Shown here: positions 1 to 8,372 of the stretch, one piece after another | Layout of the letters: each line of letters opens with the position of its first letter | Numbering within the stretch: position 1 is the stretch's first letter | Source of the DNA: Candidatus Omnitrophota bacterium | GTDB taxonomy: Bacteria > Omnitrophota > Gorgyraeia > Pluralincolimonadales > Pluralincolimonadaceae | Direction of reading: 5' to 3' | DNA: 64,000 bases | NCBI GenBank assembly: GCA_003141835.1 | Contig: PLNR01000011.1 | Coordinates: forward strand, 14,049 to 78,048 | The notes under the pieces: model-generated | Databases searched by the model: none | Told to the model about the DNA's origin: nothing | Seen by the model: the letters and a program-made list of their open reading frames with translations, nothing else | Translations under genes and position numbers: made by a program

Positions 1-439
1 CCTCAGGTATCGTCGTCCTTCCGCACTGCTTGGCCGCGACCAGGGCTATCTTCTTCCAGCGCTCCGCCTTCAAACTTCCCTTTTTCGCGTCGGGCCGCAC
101 GACGGTCCGTTCGGTCGTGATGGGTATTATCGTCGATACGCCAAGCTCCGTTGCCTTCTCGACAATAAGGTCCATCTTGTCGGATTTCGGGAGCGCCTGG
201 ACCAATATCAGCCTGCAGCCCTCGCTCTTCCTTTCGACCGTCTTTTTAATTTCAACGGCCATCCGCTCCTTATCGACCTTCAGTACCACGCCGTGGTACT
301 CCTTGCCGGTCCCGTCAAAGACCACTATACCGTCGCCAACGGCGAGGCGCATTACATCTTTGGCGTGATGGAGCTCTTCGCCGCGTATTATTATCTTTCC
401 TCCGGCCACGCATTCCGGCGGTACGTAAAATCTGCTCAA
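1..439 (-). CDS. rsmE: 16S rRNA (uracil1498-N3)-methyltransferase RsmE, N-terminal part (C-terminus runs off window start)
   Basis: Minus-strand translation gives (TTG)SRFYVPPECVAGGKIIIRGEELHHAKDVMRLAVGDGIVVFDGTGKEYHGVVLKV...ILVQALPKSDKMDLIVEKATELGVSTIIPI, which fits the RsmE N-terminal PUA-like region and the start of its SPOUT domain. The probable TTG start is at 439, with no in-frame ATG/GTG upstream. It is absent from the ORF track because the window edge truncates it. Confidence 0.7.
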   Translation of the reverse strand, partial: MSRFYVPPECVAGGKIIIRGEELHHAKDVMRLAVGDGIVVFDGTGKEYHGVVLKVDKERMAVEIKKTVERKSEGCRLILVQALPKSDKMDLIVEKATELGVSTIIPITTERTVVRPDAKKGSLKAERWKKIALVAAKQCGRTTIPE

Positions 440-443
440 ATCA

Positions 444-1895
444 TTACTCTCCGAAGACCTGCGCGGTAAAGGTATACAGCTCCGTCTTCTTGTCTTTCCA
501 GGCATCTGCCGGCAACCCTGATTTTTCTGCGCACAAGCTGGTAAGAAACTGTTCCCTGGACCAACCGTTCTCCGTGGCTACCTGGGGGAGATAGACGCCG
601 CCATAAAAACCGCGTTTTACGATCACACCGTGGGTCCCCACCTTTATCTCGTTTATATCCTGGACCCGCTTCGGCTGGGAAAGGACAGATATCTCTATTT
701 TTATATCTTTGAGCTCATCCGGCCTGACAGGCTCAAACCTGGGATCTTTTGTCGAGGATTCTACCGCCATATCGCGGACCGTCATCCAGAGAGGCTGGGT
801 CCCGATGATGTTCCCGATGCAGCCGCGGAGTCTTCCATTCTCGTTTAGAGTAACGAATGCCCCTTCCTGGCCGAGAAGGCCGGGATTGGTTACTTTGAAT
901 TCCGGCACCTTGGCGTTTTTGACATAGGATTCGACTGTCTTTCTCGCTATATTCAGGAGTTCCTTCTTCTGCCCGGGATCCAGCATCGTTCCCTCCTCTT
1001 TGGATTTATAAATGACCGCACTGGCGTAACCGACGACCCTGCTCTTGTCGCCGGCCGTATCGCCGGAGTTGGCGTATTTGAGGATCTGTACCTTATCGGC
1101 GCCAAGGTCCTTTCCCGCGATGAGTGCTGTAGTTACCGGGCCCGGGCCGCAAAGTTCGCACTCGCCCGCGGCTGCCGCCTCGGCGAAACGTTCTGCGTCA
1201 AAATTGAGCAGCTCCGACACCGTGACGCGGTCTTTTGCCACAGCGTCGTCGTATTTATAATAATGCGAAAGGTCTGTGCTCGCCACTATAAGGACCTTCC
1301 TGCCTTCTCCCTTTATTACTTTAACGAGGCCCCTGGCAAGCTTGATGGACGTGGCATAATCTTGCCGGCCCATTAATAGGACGACTATCTTGAAATCCTT
1401 CAGCGACATCTGGAGGAACGGGATCTCGACCTCGGCCGAATGCTCGTCTTCATACGCCTGGGGATTTTTACACAACGTATCTTTTTCGGCCCTGGCCAGT
1501 TTACGGGTAAATTCCAGGTCTATAGGGACATCGCCGAGCGGCGTACGATAAAAGTCTTTCTCGAGGTAGGCCACGCCATCGAAGATGTGCTGGTGGCTTA
1601 TCCCTATTATGACGACTGTGTCGTATCTCCTCCCGGATATTTCCTTATAGCCGTATGCGGCGACAGGTCCCGAATAGATATAGCCGGCGTGTGGTGAGAT
1701 AATTGCGATTATCTCACCATTGACCGGATCGGGTTTGGCGGCATTAAGATAGTTCATGATCTGCCCGGATAGCAATACCGATTCGGCGGGATAGAACGAG
1801 CCTGCGACAACAGGCTTCTGGATGTCCGCGTCCTTAGGGAAGACCGGAGGGGAGAATAACAATAAGGCCACTAAGAAAAATAGTTTTTTTCGCAT
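444..1895 (-). CDS. secreted fusion protein: MEMO1-like domain (AmmeMemoRadiSam system protein B) + AMMECR1 domain (protein A)
   Basis: The N-terminus MRKKLFFLVALLLFSPPVFP looks like a Sec signal peptide. MEMO1 motifs are present: AGSFYP, ISPHAGYIYSG, IGISHQ, DLSHY. The C-terminal AMMECR1 core motif is GAFVTLNENGRLRGCIG. The protein is 483 aa. Confidence 0.8.
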   Translation of the reverse strand: MRKKLFFLVALLLFSPPVFPKDADIQKPVVAGSFYPAESVLLSGQIMNYLNAAKPDPVNGEIIAIISPHAGYIYSGPVAAYGYKEISGRRYDTVVIIGISHQHIFDGVAYLEKDFYRTPLGDVPIDLEFTRKLARAEKDTLCKNPQAYEDEHSAEVEIPFLQMSLKDFKIVVLLMGRQDYATSIKLARGLVKVIKGEGRKVLIVASTDLSHYYKYDDAVAKDRVTVSELLNFDAERFAEAAAAGECELCGPGPVTTALIAGKDLGADKVQILKYANSGDTAGDKSRVVGYASAVIYKSKEEGTMLDPGQKKELLNIARKTVESYVKNAKVPEFKVTNPGLLGQEGAFVTLNENGRLRGCIGNIIGTQPLWMTVRDMAVESSTKDPRFEPVRPDELKDIKIEISVLSQPKRVQDINEIKVGTHGVIVKRGFYGGVYLPQVATENGWSREQFLTSLCAEKSGLPADAWKDKKTELYTFTAQVFGE

Positions 1896-1906
1896 AGCCT
1901 TTCAAA

Positions 1907-1982
1907 TGGTGGAGCTGGGGGGGATCGAACCCCCGACCTCTTGAGTGCGATTCAAGCGCTCTCCCAGCTGAGCTACAGCCCC
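1907..1982 (-). tRNA. tRNA-Ala (anticodon CGC)
   Basis: The minus-strand sequence GGGGCTGTAGCTCAGCTGGGAGAGCGCTTGAATCGCACTCAAGAGGTCGGGGGTTCGATCCCCCCCAGCTCCACCA folds into a cloverleaf. It has the G3:U70 alanine identity pair, an anticodon loop A-T-CGC-A-C, a T-loop GGTTCGATCC, and an encoded CCA. Confidence 0.85.
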
Positions 1983-1996
1983 ATGTTAAAAGCGAT

Positions 1997-2005
1997 ATTA
2001 TAACA
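1997..2005 (-). promoter_or_regulatory. extended -10 promoter element (TGtTATAAT) 14 nt upstream of the tRNA-Ala 5' end
   Basis: The minus strand reads ...cccttaatttgTTATAATatcgcttttaacat|GGGGCTG. It has a TG at -14/-15 and a perfect TATAAT, but no good -35. Confidence 0.35.
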
Positions 2006-2031
2006 AATTAAGGGAAGTAAGTATAGGCAAT

Positions 2032-2496
2032 CTACATCTTCTCCCTTTTTAACTCTCCGCTAGACCTTATCTCGACCGCTTCGCTTATCTTGACCTTGAA
2101 GACCACGACCTTGCTAGGGAACGCAGCTTCGAAACTCTTATGGCTCTCTCCCCGCAAGATACCTTCAACGATGCGCCTGGACGAGAGGCTCAGCTCTTTT
2201 TTCTGGAATTCCTCGACAAGCTTGCCGTACTCGTCGCCCTCGGAGAGGATCTCGACCGGACCGTTGATCTGGTAACCGGTAAGTGTATCCTTGTCAGTGA
2301 CGGCAAGCGACGCCTTTGGGTTCACCACCAGGTTCTGGAATGTCTTCCCGATGACGTAATCTATGAGGTACATATGGTTATTTTCGACCTTCAGGAAGAG
2401 TTTCGGCGCGACGTTCGGGCGCCCCTCCAAGTCACAGGTAGCCACGGCGATGAAATTATAGTCCCTTATGAGGTCATTTATCTTTTTTGCTATCAT
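2032..2496 (-). CDS. pyridoxamine 5'-phosphate oxidase-like FMN-binding (split-barrel) family protein
   Basis: 154 aa. The fold signature IAVATCDLEGRPNVAPK...YLIDYVIGKTFQNL is typical of the PNPOx / general-stress-protein-26 family. Confidence 0.55.
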   Translation of the reverse strand: MIAKKINDLIRDYNFIAVATCDLEGRPNVAPKLFLKVENNHMYLIDYVIGKTFQNLVVNPKASLAVTDKDTLTGYQINGPVEILSEGDEYGKLVEEFQKKELSLSSRRIVEGILRGESHKSFEAAFPSKVVVFKVKISEAVEIRSSGELKREKM

Positions 2497-3316
2497 CGGC
2501 TTTCTTTTTTTCTGCCTCCAGCGCGCGGATGCTTGCGTCAGCGTCCTTCGCTATCTCCCTATCCTGGGAAGTATCGAGTTCAATGGCTTTTTTGTAAGCT
2601 GCGATCGCCTCGTCAATGCGCTTGAGGTCCTCGAGCGCCACCCCTTTATTTATATAAGCCTTTGCGTAATTCGGCTTCAGTTCGATGGCCTTCTCCAGGT
2701 CGGGAAGCGCCAGGTCGCACTGGCCCTTATATACGCGGGCCATGCCCCTGTTAAAATACAGGACATAGGAATTAGGGTCTGCGGCTATCGCCTTATCGAA
2801 ATCCGCTAAGGCCTTGTTGAACTGGCCCTTATATTCGAGAAGGACGCCGCGGTTCTGGTACGCTTCGGTAAAATCAGGGCTTACGTCTATGGATTCGGAG
2901 AAGTTCGATATCGCCTTATCGAGGTTGCCCTGGGACATATACGCGATCCCCCTGCTTATAAAAGCGTAGCCGTAATTCGGGTTTTCCTTGATGGCCTTGT
3001 TATACAACGCGATCGCGTCGTCCCATTTCTTCTGGGTAGCCAGCTGTTTGCCCTGAAAGACAAGTATGGCCGTCTCTTTTTTCGACTTACCGCCCAAGAC
3101 GTCGTCTATGGCGTGTATCTCCAGCTTGGCGTACGCGTAGACCGAATCGTCATCCAGCGATTTCTGGAATTCCGCCTTCGCTTCCTCGAGTTTTCCCTGG
3201 GCCGCCAACCCTATACCGTTAAAATAAGAATCGCCCGCGTTCGTGCCGGCGAGGCAAAAAGACGAGAAGAGCATTAATACGGCGGCCGATACTATCAAGT
3301 AAACCTTTTTATCCAT
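2474..3316 (-). CDS. TPR-repeat protein with signal peptide (possible lipoprotein)
   Basis: An internal ATG at 3316 is preceded by AGGAGA 7 nt upstream. The signal peptide is MDKKVYLIVSAAVLMLFSSFCLAG. Multiple 34-aa TPR units follow (AYFNRGxAY..., AYxNKGVALE). The ORF-track start at 3343 is an upstream extension. Confidence 0.7.
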   Translation of the reverse strand: MDKKVYLIVSAAVLMLFSSFCLAGTNAGDSYFNGIGLAAQGKLEEAKAEFQKSLDDDSVYAYAKLEIHAIDDVLGGKSKKETAILVFQGKQLATQKKWDDAIALYNKAIKENPNYGYAFISRGIAYMSQGNLDKAISNFSESIDVSPDFTEAYQNRGVLLEYKGQFNKALADFDKAIAADPNSYVLYFNRGMARVYKGQCDLALPDLEKAIELKPNYAKAYINKGVALEDLKRIDEAIAAYKKAIELDTSQDREIAKDADASIRALEAEKKKADDSKKDK

Positions 3317-3320
3317 CTCT

Positions 3321-3638
3321 TTATCTCCTGGTCGATTCCTCAATCCAGCGCATATAATCCGCGCTCCCTTTCGTGAGCGGAAGGGCCGTTATCTCCGGGC
3401 ATTCGTATGAATGCAAGCCCTTTACGGCCTTTTCGACCCGGGGGAAAAGGCTCTCCCTGGTCTTCGCGATCAAAAGGCACTCCCTTGACTCCTCTATCCT
3501 GCCCTTCCACGTATATATAGAATTGACAGAAGGGATAATATTGACGCACGCGGCCAACTTTTTCTTTACAAGTTCCCGCGCGATGGCCCCGGCTTCCTTC
3601 TTAGAGCCGGCGGTGATCAAGACCGCGATCTTCTTCAA
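3321..3638 (-). CDS. cutA: divalent-cation tolerance protein CutA
   Basis: KIAVLITAGSKKEAGAIARELVKKKLAACVNIIPSVNSIYTWKGRIEESRECLLIAKTRESLF...YECPEITALPL is the CutA1 fold signature. The likely start is TTG at 3638 (MKKIAVLIT), 6 nt after the upstream gene's stop. The track start at 3761 overlaps that gene and is probably an extension. Confidence 0.75.
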   Translation of the reverse strand: MKKIAVLITAGSKKEAGAIARELVKKKLAACVNIIPSVNSIYTWKGRIEESRECLLIAKTRESLFPRVEKAVKGLHSYECPEITALPLTKGSADYMRWIEESTRR

Positions 3639-3643
3639 CTCTA

Positions 3644-3841
3644 CTACCTGCGAAGGAAGATCTTGTAATCCTTGTCGCCTTCCAGGATAACGTGCCCTTC
3701 CCTGGCAAGCCAGCCAAGGCTCATAAGTATGACATCGCGGGGCTTGTCTATCCCGGAGCATAGCTGGGATAGCGTCACTTCGCCGTGTTCGTCAAGGTGG
3801 CGCCATATCTCGCCGGCCGTTATGCCTATCTCGGTGATCAT
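3644..3841 (-). CDS. small winged-helix (wHTH) domain protein
   Basis: 65 aa, MITEIGITAGEIWRHLDEHGEVTLSQLCSGIDKPRDVILMSLGWLAREGHVILEG. It has a helix-turn-helix followed by a beta-wing. It is ATGA-coupled to the upstream gene. Confidence 0.5.
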   Translation of the reverse strand: MITEIGITAGEIWRHLDEHGEVTLSQLCSGIDKPRDVILMSLGWLAREGHVILEGDKDYKIFLRR

Positions 3842-4095
3842 GTCTTTGCCTCCTTTTCTTGGTTCGCGATCTGTTTTTTGTTATAGCTGCCGCACCTCGG
3901 GCAGACCGAAATATCCGAATGCCTGCTGTCTATATAAAAAAATGTGCAGACAGAACAATGCCATACGTTCCTGTCAGAAACCGAACGGTTAGGCAGGCCC
4001 TTCACCCTCTCAAAAAAAGCCCAATAAACCATCAATATCCCGACGCAGGCGGATAAATATACCGCAACGGCCCACGACAGTTCGATAGTTATCAT
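3838..4095 (-). CDS. small membrane protein with C-terminal C4 zinc-ribbon
   Basis: 85 aa. The N-terminal TM helix is WAVAVYLSACVGILMVYWAF, followed by CSVC-x17-CPRC. ATGA overlaps occur at both ends (4092-4095 and 3838-3841). Confidence 0.5.
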   Translation of the reverse strand: MITIELSWAVAVYLSACVGILMVYWAFFERVKGLPNRSVSDRNVWHCSVCTFFYIDSRHSDISVCPRCGSYNKKQIANQEKEAKT

Positions 4096-4868
4096 TTCAC
4101 GCCGGCCTTGTTGAGCGAAAAATCAAGTTTTACGGTCCCCCACTGCTTTTCCTTGGGGTTCCCGGACTTAAGCGGCGCGAACTGCCATTCCTTGAGATAC
4201 CTGATCGCGATTATATCCACCGTCGGATGGCCGGATGATGACAACCGCTCTACCGACTCGACCTTGCCTTCCGGGGATACCAGGAATTTCAATGCGACGG
4301 AAAAAGTATTACCCAGCCTGTCGAAGTCGACGCCCAAGCTCTCGTCCCACCGGAGTGATACGGGAAGTTCCGGCTTATACATGACCTCCCTGAACCTCGC
4401 CGGCCCTTCTATCTCGGCAGGGTAAGTCTTGTACGAGACCTTTATCTCGTCAAAAGGCTTTTCCGGCATCTGTTTGATACCTATCGCCGCATCGGCCGAG
4501 GATTTCGCTCCTATTTCTTTCAGGATATCCGGGTCGGAGACGTTCGCCAGCTTCACGGTCCCATTGTTCGCGCCGGTCTCAGGCCGCACCACAAGGTCCT
4601 GCAGCCGCGCCATGCTGTCATCCTGAACTGATACGTCGGAACCGGTTGCCGGGGAGACCGGCCCCTCTTCCAGTATAGCTCCCACAAAAGAAACCGCCGA
4701 TTCCGGCCTGGCAGGGACTCCAGGCGCTGAAACGGATATCTTCACCGAAAAAAGCCAAAATAAATGCCAGACCAACGAAATGGCAAGCGCTAATTCCAGC
4801 GCATGCCTTGTTATTATCTCGCCTGCGTCGTAGCTATGTTGACCTGCCGTATTCCCGCTTCCCTGCAT
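4092..4868 (-). CDS. tonB: TonB/TolA-family energy transducer (TonB C-terminal domain protein)
   Basis: The N-terminal TM anchor is LELALAISLVWHLFWLFSV. The C-terminal TonB domain is YPAEIEG...VALKFLVSPEGKVESVERLSSSGHPTVDIIAIRYLKEWQFAP. There is no Pro-rich spacer. Confidence 0.7.
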   Translation of the reverse strand: MQGSGNTAGQHSYDAGEIITRHALELALAISLVWHLFWLFSVKISVSAPGVPARPESAVSFVGAILEEGPVSPATGSDVSVQDDSMARLQDLVVRPETGANNGTVKLANVSDPDILKEIGAKSSADAAIGIKQMPEKPFDEIKVSYKTYPAEIEGPARFREVMYKPELPVSLRWDESLGVDFDRLGNTFSVALKFLVSPEGKVESVERLSSSGHPTVDIIAIRYLKEWQFAPLKSGNPKEKQWGTVKLDFSLNKAGVK

Positions 4869-5221
4869 ATATCCCAGACCTCCACTACGCGGTCAAGCGA
4901 AGTGCCTTTATCCGCCTTTATCAGGATCGAATCCTTTTTAGGCAGCGCTTCAATCCTTGAAACGAGTTCCTGGGGCGAGACCGCGTCGCTCCCCAGGTAT
5001 AACACCTTTTCCCTGGTGATGGTTATGACCGCGGACCTGGCCCCGAACGTTTCGGAAGTGACGGCTTTCGGCAGGTTTATCCTGATCCCGGCCTGGGTCT
5101 GCGCAGAATAGCTCCATGTGAGGAGAAAGAATACAAGGAGCAGTAATACGCAATTTGCGAGCGGCACGGCCTCTATGAACCGGCTGTCTATGACCTTTAA
5201 CCGCGGGAAATTGAACCTCAT
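4814..5221 (-). CDS. exbD: biopolymer transport protein ExbD/TolR
   Basis: 135 aa, with the TM segment VPLANCVLLLLVFFLLT followed by a periplasmic domain, which is the ExbD/TolR architecture. It sits between exbB and tonB. Confidence 0.8.
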   Translation of the reverse strand: MRFNFPRLKVIDSRFIEAVPLANCVLLLLVFFLLTWSYSAQTQAGIRINLPKAVTSETFGARSAVITITREKVLYLGSDAVSPQELVSRIEALPKKDSILIKADKGTSLDRVVEVWDICREAGIRQVNIATTQAR

Positions 5222-5844
5222 TATTCAGCCTTCTTTTCGGAAAGGATGTTCACGAGGTCGGTCGCGCTTATCTCCATCTCGCGTATTATATAATTTACCC
5301 TGCTTACAAAATAATTATACGCTGTGACCGCCGGAATAGCAATAAGTAAACCCGCGACCATGGCTATGAGCGCCTGCCATATGCCGCCGGATATGTCGGC
5401 CGGCGTGACCGGGCTCAGGGCGGCTGATTTTACCTGTATCTTTTGGAATATCTCGGCAAGCCCGATGGCCGTCCCCAGGAAACCCAACAGCGGGCTTATC
5501 TGTGCGATCGTGGCGAGCACCCCGATGTTCTTTTCGAGCTTGGGTATCTCGTGGAGCGCCGCGTCATCTATCGCCTCCTTTACCTCCTGCCTCGTCCTAT
5601 CGTATTTCAGTATGCCGGCCCTCAGGACCCTGGGCAGCGGCCCCGGCGACTTGTCGCACATCTCTATCGCCTCATCGGCTCGGTTCCTCTTGAGCGAATA
5701 GGATATCTCCCCCATGAACTTCCTGGTATTTATCTTTATCCTCTGCACATAGATGAACCGCTCGATGACAACGGCAAAAGCGATGACCGAACACAGGAGG
5801 ATCGGCACCATCATCGGGCCGCCCCTGATTATCCACTCTATCAT
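5221..5844 (-). CDS. exbB: MotA/TolQ/ExbB proton-channel protein
   Basis: 207 aa. The C-terminal conserved core is LATIAQISPLLGFLGTAIGLAEIFQ...GGIWQALIAMVAGLLIAIPAVTAYNYF. It has a TAATG overlap with exbD. Confidence 0.85.
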   Translation of the reverse strand: MIEWIIRGGPMMVPILLCSVIAFAVVIERFIYVQRIKINTRKFMGEISYSLKRNRADEAIEMCDKSPGPLPRVLRAGILKYDRTRQEVKEAIDDAALHEIPKLEKNIGVLATIAQISPLLGFLGTAIGLAEIFQKIQVKSAALSPVTPADISGGIWQALIAMVAGLLIAIPAVTAYNYFVSRVNYIIREMEISATDLVNILSEKKAE

Positions 5845-5845
5845 C

Positions 5846-8329
5846 TTAATTTACCTCCCCCGATTTTTCTGAGACGTTATCTTTCATCCATTCCAGCCGT
5901 TCCCTGGCATATTTAGCCTCTTCCAGTTTCGTTGCGGAAAGCTCCTCATAGACCTTCTTCGCGTCCTTCCACCGGCCCTTGTTCTCGAATATGGTTGCGG
6001 CGCGCAGCCCGGCCCTGCCCGACCATCTCGTTATCTCCGGGTAAAGGTATTTGACCTTCAGGAATTCCGCCACTGCCTGGTCCGCGTCGCCGGCCTCCTC
6101 GTAGCAGTCCCCTATCAGGAACTGGGTCTCGGCGTTAAAATCGCTCTGCGCATCGGTTATCGCGAGGCGGTACTTTTCTATCGCGGCATTATATAATTTC
6201 CTTTGTTTGAATATGTCGCCTATCTTTTTGTCGGCAACCTTCTCGAACTGGGTCCCGGGATATTTTTCGATTATGCCTTTCAATTCCTTTACGGCGTCAT
6301 CCGGGTGCCCGCTCTCGGCGAGGATATCGCCCACCTTCATCGTGCTCTCCATCGCAACCTTTGAGGCGGGGTACGCCTCGATTATATGCTCTAATTGCTT
6401 TGTAGCCCCGTCTACGTCCCCGGTCTTGTAAAGTATCAGTGCGAGCCAATATTCAGCCTCGGCCGAAGAATTGCCGGGCGGGGTCTTGGCGGCCAGGGCG
6501 TCAAAATACGCCTTCGCCTTCGGGAATTGCCCCCTATTGTAATAATACTGGCCCTCCCACATCCGTACGTCGTCGCTTATCTCCGAGTTGGGATATTTTG
6601 CGAGATAATCATCAAATTGTGCCAGAGCATCCCTTTCCTTGCCCCATTGGTAATAACACCATCCTATCTCATAAAAACTGAGCCGTGAATAATCCGAGGC
6701 GGGATATTCCTTTATGATCTTATTGAACGCCGATACGGCTTCGCCGTATTTAGCCAGATTGAAAAGGCAGTTCGACTCCTGGAAGAGAACCTCAGGGATA
6801 AGAGAGCTCTTGGGATACGCCGCGGTAAATTTCTGGAAAGCGTCGTTCGCGGATTTAAAATTCCCGGCCCGGAAATACGACAGGCCGAGATGCTGCAGCG
6901 CGTCTTCCGTAAGCCTGGAATTCGGAAAATTGCCGAGGAGGCTCTGGAAAGCGAGGACAGCCCCGTCAAAATCGCCTGTCCTGAACATCGTTATCCCCAG
7001 CTGGTATTGCGCGTAATCGCAGATGATCGAATCCCTATAATCCTTTAATATCGCGTCGTAAGACTGCTTCGCCTTTTCGTAATCTTTCAGGTCGAGGGCC
7101 GTGTCGCCTATGAGCGATATGGCGCTCGCCTTCAGGTTCCTGTCCCGGGACCTCTTAACCACTTCCTCAAAATCCGCCACCGCCTTTTGCGGGTCGTTGA
7201 CCCTCAAGAGCGTCCAACCCAGGTTATAATAGAATTGCGGCAGCAGCGCCGAGGCGGGAAATTTCGCTAGCGCCTCCTCGTAAAGCTCCTTCGCCTGCGC
7301 GTATTTCTCGAGGTTATAAAGGCAGTCGCCTTTCCACAGGTAAGCATCGGCCAAGAATGAGGAATTCTGGAATTTCATGATCAATTCATCATAGTTCGCC
7401 CCGGCATTCGGATAATCTTTCATAAATGTATAGCATTGGCCGGCGCCGAATATGGCCGAATCGGAGAGCGGGCTCTCCGGGTAACCCTTGCGGAAAGCCA
7501 GGAAGGCGTCGAGCGCGGCCTTGTTATCCGCCGCCTTGAAATAGGCCCAAGCCTTCCCGTACAGCGCGAACGGGGCCCATGCGGCTTTCGGGTTTATCTC
7601 AAGCGCTTTCGCATAGTCCTTCGCCGATGCCGCGTAGTCGCGCATCGCGAAATCTATCTCCCCTAAGAGATAATACGCCTCGGGCAATTTCTTCGAGACC
7701 GGGAATTCCTTAAGGAAGCTATCGAGCTGTTTCTTCGCGTCATCGACCTTGCCGCTCATGAACACAGACTCTGCCGTCTTGTACCTTGCGTCGGCGAGCA
7801 GGCTGTCGTTAGGGAATTTCTTCGCGAAAGCGTCAAATGACTCGACCGCGGCACCGTATTGTTTCAGGTTATAATAGCACCATCCCTTCGAGTAATACGC
7901 GAACGGCAGGTATTTTGAGGCGGGAAAACCGTCTATCACCTTTTGGTATTGGTCGAGGGCCTGCTTGAAATCCTTGCTCCGGAAATAGACTTCGGCCGAC
8001 CAGTATGCGGCTTCGTCGTAAAAACGCTGGGCTGAAGCGGATGAGGAGACGAGATCGAACTCGTTTAGCGCCTGCGCGTTCATCCCGAGCATGAGATACG
8101 ACCTTCCTAGGATGAGATGAGCCTCATCCCTGTATTCGCTCTGGGGATAATTGGCGAGGAACCGCTCAGCCTGCTCCTTGGAGATGTCGTAAAACTGGTC
8201 CTCAAAGGCCTTTTGGGCAAGGATAAAATCATCCTTGGCAGGGTTGGTCTTTGAGGCATCTGCCGAAAAGGCAAAACTCGGCATAACCATAAGCAATACA
8301 AGGAAATAAAGAAAGGATTTGATTCGCAT
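5846..8329 (-). CDS. large secreted TPR-repeat protein (827 aa)
   Basis: The signal peptide is MRIKSFLYFLVLLMVMPSFAFSA. It contains more than 15 TPR-like repeats (recurring AxxxYxxAxxxYP pattern). It is the first gene of the exbB-exbD-tonB operon, in a YbgF/CpoB-like position. Confidence 0.75.
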   Translation of the reverse strand: MRIKSFLYFLVLLMVMPSFAFSADASKTNPAKDDFILAQKAFEDQFYDISKEQAERFLANYPQSEYRDEAHLILGRSYLMLGMNAQALNEFDLVSSSASAQRFYDEAAYWSAEVYFRSKDFKQALDQYQKVIDGFPASKYLPFAYYSKGWCYYNLKQYGAAVESFDAFAKKFPNDSLLADARYKTAESVFMSGKVDDAKKQLDSFLKEFPVSKKLPEAYYLLGEIDFAMRDYAASAKDYAKALEINPKAAWAPFALYGKAWAYFKAADNKAALDAFLAFRKGYPESPLSDSAIFGAGQCYTFMKDYPNAGANYDELIMKFQNSSFLADAYLWKGDCLYNLEKYAQAKELYEEALAKFPASALLPQFYYNLGWTLLRVNDPQKAVADFEEVVKRSRDRNLKASAISLIGDTALDLKDYEKAKQSYDAILKDYRDSIICDYAQYQLGITMFRTGDFDGAVLAFQSLLGNFPNSRLTEDALQHLGLSYFRAGNFKSANDAFQKFTAAYPKSSLIPEVLFQESNCLFNLAKYGEAVSAFNKIIKEYPASDYSRLSFYEIGWCYYQWGKERDALAQFDDYLAKYPNSEISDDVRMWEGQYYYNRGQFPKAKAYFDALAAKTPPGNSSAEAEYWLALILYKTGDVDGATKQLEHIIEAYPASKVAMESTMKVGDILAESGHPDDAVKELKGIIEKYPGTQFEKVADKKIGDIFKQRKLYNAAIEKYRLAITDAQSDFNAETQFLIGDCYEEAGDADQAVAEFLKVKYLYPEITRWSGRAGLRAATIFENKGRWKDAKKVYEELSATKLEEAKYARERLEWMKDNVSEKSGEVN

Positions 8330-8338
8330 GGTAGTATC

Positions 8339-8367
8339 AATATATCAAAAAGAAACTATTTCTTCAA
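8339..8367 (-). promoter_or_regulatory. candidate sigma70 promoter (TTGAAG-17-TATATT) giving a near-leaderless transcript for the TPR/exbBD/tonB operon
   Basis: The minus strand reads ggTTGAAGaaatagtttctttttgaTATATTgatactaccATG. The -10 ends only 9 nt before the ATG at 8329, and no SD is present. Confidence 0.4.
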
Positions 8368-8372
8368 CCTTT

